Source: Coniocarpon cinnabarinum
Taxonomy: Eukaryota
Length of the DNA: 64,000 nt
Direction of reading: 5' to 3'
Assembly: GCA_051942205.1 (NCBI GenBank)
Contig: JAVECO010000013.1
Coordinates: 1-64,000, forward strand
Position 1 is the first letter of the stretch; the number at the start of each line of letters is the position of its first letter. Positions 60,329 to 64,000 of this stretch are shown one piece after another. Position numbers and translations under genes: made by a program. Below the pieces are notes generated by a model, which was given only the letters and a program-made list of their open reading frames with translations, was not told the DNA's origin and searched no databases.

Positions 60329-62788
60329 TCATGCAGTCCTACCACTCCGGCTCGAGTCCTTTCGCGCCTTTGCACACTTGGCTTGATGGCGCTTCGCCTT
60401 TAAGCTCGATGCTGAGGCGCCTTGCTCTACATTATCACAGTGTTTCATCAACCTGGCTTGCTTTCTCTCCTGTCTCCTGGCCTTGCGCTCCTGTCTTCTG
60501 TCAGACATCATATTTCGAGCCCGAGAATGTATGATACCCAATCGCCGACGAGCCTCGGTGATGGGATTGCTCGATTGCCAGCCAGGTCCTTGGAACCAGT
60601 GTTCGTTCTTTCGAAGGCCGCTCTCAAGGTGCTGTCTGAAAACGTCGTGAAAATCATTAATAGACCGCTGAATATCCTTGCTCAGAGCCGAGGCTTGCTG
60701 ACTTAAAGCTGAGCTCATTGATCCGGCTTGCTTCTGAGCATGCTGCACTAGGTCTTGGCCTGCCTCGCCAGCGTGCTTGCTTAGCACCTCGCGACGTGCA
60801 GCCAGACGATCCCAAAGGTCATGAGCAACAACACCTCCAGACTTGCGCGCAGTTTGTAGATGCTCTTGAAGCCAGTCAGTGGAGCTCAGAATTACGCCAC
60901 TTGCTTGGTCTCGGAAGACACCGAGTTCCTTTTGTGCCAGACGCGCCACGTCTTTAGTGGTCTCCAAGCATGCCATAAGACTTGACTCAAGGAGGCGGGC
61001 GCTGTCGTATGGATCTCTCGGATCGTAATGCAGCACTTGACGGACTCCACTCGCCTTTTGAGAGTCAACAACGATGGTAACAGGGTCGGAACTCGGGTTG
61101 AAACCCTTCAGTGATAGCGCGTAGACAGAAGCGTTCCATCTTGAAAGGGTGGTGTCAAGTGTTCTATATCCGCTGTGTGCTGTGACATTGATTGGTGGAG
61201 GACGTCGAAGCTTCGCCATTTCGTGCGGAAGCTTGAGGTACAATTGACCCTCATCGGTGCGGAGAAGCTCGAAGTTGAGCACCATTGGTGGATGGGCTGC
61301 ACCCAAGGGAGCACCAACTTCGGTGGTTGAAGATACCACTGGAGTCATTTGTGGACCGCCGCTAGCAGCTGACTGAACAAATCCAAGTCGGGGGATTTCA
61401 CTGACTTGGGACGTAACGGTCGACCGCACTGTAGAAGTAACCGTGACAGTCATAGGCTCTATTACATCAGCCTCAGCTGAATTCGCTTCGGCCTCAGGGG
61501 TGTTGTAAGTGAAGATTTGTAGGAGCAGAGCATATAGCAGCATGACAGAGACAAGTCGGCTAAGCCACTTCCTCACGGGACTATCTCTTGCGCGTTGAAC
61601 GGCGGACGTCACCATTTGTCCAATCTCGTGTGGATTGTGCCAAAGACCTGGTTTCTCTGTGACAGCTTCTTGCATGCATTGCAGATTGCGGTTCAACAGT
61701 TCGGGGTCTAGGTGTTGGAAGTGCTCAAGGTCAATGGGGACAGTGATGGGCCTCCATGGAAAAGAGCCCTTACTAGACACAGTGTCCGCATCCACGTCGA
61801 TATGCATGTGGACTGCTTTGCCTTCGAATGGTCTGAACGGCTGGAGATTGAACATAGACGTCGTGGGTCGAATATCCAGATACGGTGTGGTTGTGTATGG
61901 TCGGATATCGTCAAACTGGGTACTCCAACTACCGACAGGCGAAAAGAAGAAAACCTCAAGATCTGCCGTTTCTGTCGAGCCTTGTGTCTGCTGATGATGT
62001 ACACGAGGTCGAGCATGCTTGAAACGATGGCAGGAGCACGCCGAGCAAGCATCGACAATGACCTCCGTCTTTGCTGTGGGAATTAATGTGACTTGAGGTG
62101 TAGAGGTGCCAGACCCGAACGAAGACAATTGGACAATGCTAAAGCGAGTTGAGCTCTCTTTTGTAATGCTTGAGTCCATTGATGTGTCAGTGGAGACCGC
62201 GAGAGCTTCAGCTATTTTCTCTACGACGGCATCTTGGGCGAAATTGTCGCCATGCCAGAGTATGCGAAACGTCGGGCCGACCTCCAATTTGGAAGGGGCC
62301 AGTGTCCGTCGCAAGGAAACGTGGCAAGGGCCAAGTTTGATACCGTCCTGAAGAAACGTAGTCGACGAGTCCACGGTACGGCTGACTTCGGTTGGACTGT
62401 TGCCTGCTTCGAGCGCCGATGGATCAATGTTGGTTGAAGCTCGTGGCGTTTGCAATACAGTGTTCTCAGTGAGCTCACTATAGCTCATGTCTGTTGGGAC
62501 ACCAAATGCAGTCTGAGACTTCGGAGCCGACGCCTGTCCCTCATCGTCTTCAGTGTCATCGGGAGCTGGGGTAATTGCTCGAGATGCTTCTGGTGAGACA
62601 TAATCATCACGATGGATATGTACGTTGTCATGTGGCCCTGAGTCTTCGAATGAGAGCAATGACTCAGAGTCATCCTGGTGAGAGTCTTCATCATCCGAGC
62701 TGCGAGTGTTGGCGGCACTGATGATTTCATAAGTGCTATCGGTAAGAGACTCGTGTGTGCCAGCATCCGACACTGTATCTGGATCCAT
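60329..62788 (-). CDS. Uncharacterised fungal protein with one TM segment; start uncertain (62788 or 62902)
   Basis: ORF over 800 aa with acidic N-terminus (SLTDSTYEII), FRILWHG..VVEKIAEAL, LLNRNL, TM segment LVSVMLLYALLLQIF and a basic tail. Confidence 0.8.
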   Translation of the reverse strand: MDPDTVSDAGTHESLTDSTYEIISAANTRSSDDEDSHQDDSESLLSFEDSGPHDNVHIHRDDYVSPEASRAITPAPDDTEDDEGQASAPKSQTAFGVPTDMSYSELTENTVLQTPRASTNIDPSALEAGNSPTEVSRTVDSSTTFLQDGIKLGPCHVSLRRTLAPSKLEVGPTFRILWHGDNFAQDAVVEKIAEALAVSTDTSMDSSITKESSTRFSIVQLSSFGSGTSTPQVTLIPTAKTEVIVDACSACSCHRFKHARPRVHHQQTQGSTETADLEVFFFSPVGSWSTQFDDIRPYTTTPYLDIRPTTSMFNLQPFRPFEGKAVHMHIDVDADTVSSKGSFPWRPITVPIDLEHFQHLDPELLNRNLQCMQEAVTEKPGLWHNPHEIGQMVTSAVQRARDSPVRKWLSRLVSVMLLYALLLQIFTYNTPEAEANSAEADVIEPMTVTVTSTVRSTVTSQVSEIPRLGFVQSAASGGPQMTPVVSSTTEVGAPLGAAHPPMVLNFELLRTDEGQLYLKLPHEMAKLRRPPPINVTAHSGYRTLDTTLSRWNASVYALSLKGFNPSSDPVTIVVDSQKASGVRQVLHYDPRDPYDSARLLESSLMACLETTKDVARLAQKELGVFRDQASGVILSSTDWLQEHLQTARKSGGVVAHDLWDRLAARREVLSKHAGEAGQDLVQHAQKQAGSMSSALSQQASALSKDIQRSINDFHDVFRQHLESGLRKNEHWFQGPGWQSSNPITEARRRLGIIHSRARNMMSDRRQERKARRQERKQARLMKHCDNVEQGASASSLKAKRHQAKCAKARKDSSRSGRTA

Positions 62789-63544
62789 GCCGGCTGCTTT
62801 GAGAGAGTTGAGAGTAAAGCAATGGGCGTTTCTTGGCCCAAGGGAAAAGTGATCTGGGGAGTGGCACAGCCGCTGTGGTTCGCTCTTGTCAGCCTCGTCC
62901 ATGATTCCACGTTGCAGACTAGCTGCGCAGAAGCCTTCAGGAGTTGTGTGACCTGAACAAGGCGCGGCAAGAAGCACGAACTTACAAAGCAGTGAAGAGG
63001 CGGCAATGGCAAAGTGATACCGGGGGTTGGTTCGCTGCCGCCTAGTTCGACGACCCCTCTTTACGTCAAGGTGATGTAAACGCCTCGACTACGTGAGTAT
63101 CCAGGGTCTGGACCACCAGCGAGAGGGTGGCGACGGGAATCTGTCAGGATGTTGGAGAGCAGTGAAGCAGTTGATAGGAAGGCAGAAGAATAGGGCAGCA
63201 GAGTAGGTTGCTTGCTTTACCAGCAGGTCAACCTAAGGCGCGTTGAGGCAGCCGGAGCTTTGCGGAGAGGGGCAGTCGGGGCGGTGCCTTGCGCCTATCG
63301 ATAGCCCGAAATCCTATCACGTGCACCTCCGAGTCTAACTCCAGCCCCTTCGACACTAGTCAGTCCATACCTACCTAGGTGTTGGTAGCTTGAACATAAG
63401 GTACTCAGGCGAGGCAGGCAGTGTGCGCACTTTGGGCGTCAACGCGTGCCAATGGACGATTCGATTCGCTCACATACGTATTCAATGCAGAGCTTAGCAC
63501 ATATCAGACAACGCCAGCAAATGCACCCAACGCTATGCCAAATC

Positions 63545-64000
63545 TCACGGGGGTGATGTCCAACCTCCCGCAATCTCCACCCATTCAACCATACAGCTGC
63601 CTTCTTTGTATTCAACATCAGGCACATCTGTATCGCAGCGGCAGCGGCAGCCCACGCCGTTCTGCCTGACCTTGTCTGGACTAGCCCAGTATTCGGCTTC
63701 CTCCTCTCTTTCGTCTTCGTCGTGAATTGCTGGATTGTACCAGGGCTCCATGTCTATTTGCTTTTCGGGCGCATTGCCAGGACAGTGCTGTATAGTGGTA
63801 TGCCGATACCCAATGTCACGAAAATAGTGAATGTCAGATGGCGACAATAGAGCTCCAGCTGCCAGCGAGTGTATTGGCGCATCTCCCCATCGTTCCATCC
63901 AAAAGCCTCCACTTCTATCCATGACATTAAAGAAGTCCTGATATTCCTGACTTCGGAACCAGTCCAGTCGAGCGATCTCGAAATTACTCCAGAAGTGGCA
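63545..64000 (-). CDS. GT15 (Kre2/Ktr) alpha-1,2-mannosyltransferase, 3' part
   Basis: CHFWSNFEIARLDWFRS..GGFWMERWGDAPIHSL..DIGYRH..CRCRC. The gene runs off the window edge. Confidence 0.93.
   Translation of the reverse strand, partial: CHFWSNFEIARLDWFRSQEYQDFFNVMDRSGGFWMERWGDAPIHSLAAGALLSPSDIHYFRDIGYRHTTIQHCPGNAPEKQIDMEPWYNPAIHDEDEREEEAEYWASPDKVRQNGVGCRCRCDTDVPDVEYKEGSCMVEWVEIAGGWTSPP

Noticed and set aside
1..64000. tRNA, rRNA, CRISPR arrays and intact transposons
   Set aside because: None recognised by eye. The tandem repeats present have no unique spacers, and no transposase or reverse transcriptase motifs were seen.

Overview
Gene-dense, GC-balanced chromosomal DNA from a filamentous ascomycete (Pezizomycotina), with short GT-AG introns carrying CTRAY-type branch sites. 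About 26 intact protein genes can be modelled by hand, including FIG1, IRC6/p34, SmD3, GEP4, a PAP2_3 protein, PLAC8, a PQ-loop transporter, SAF1, PEX11C, RAD5, NDUFAF6, the Woronin sorting complex protein WSC, TAF14, YRB1 and a GT15 mannosyltransferase. An accessory-looking stretch at about 31-46 kb holds several decayed genes: a TPR-ankyrin gene, a membrane glycoprotein, and a C2H2 array with RIP-like CAG>TAG stops. The most striking unannotated feature is a structured plus-strand non-coding region at about 4.04-5.41 kb. It has a TTAGGG template (AACCCTAA), an adjacent boundary helix, long arms and a candidate pseudoknot, making it a candidate telomerase RNA gene. A second long structured region of unknown identity lies between WSC and TAF14. 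All gene models, base pairings and family calls were made by eye, without database searches or folding software.
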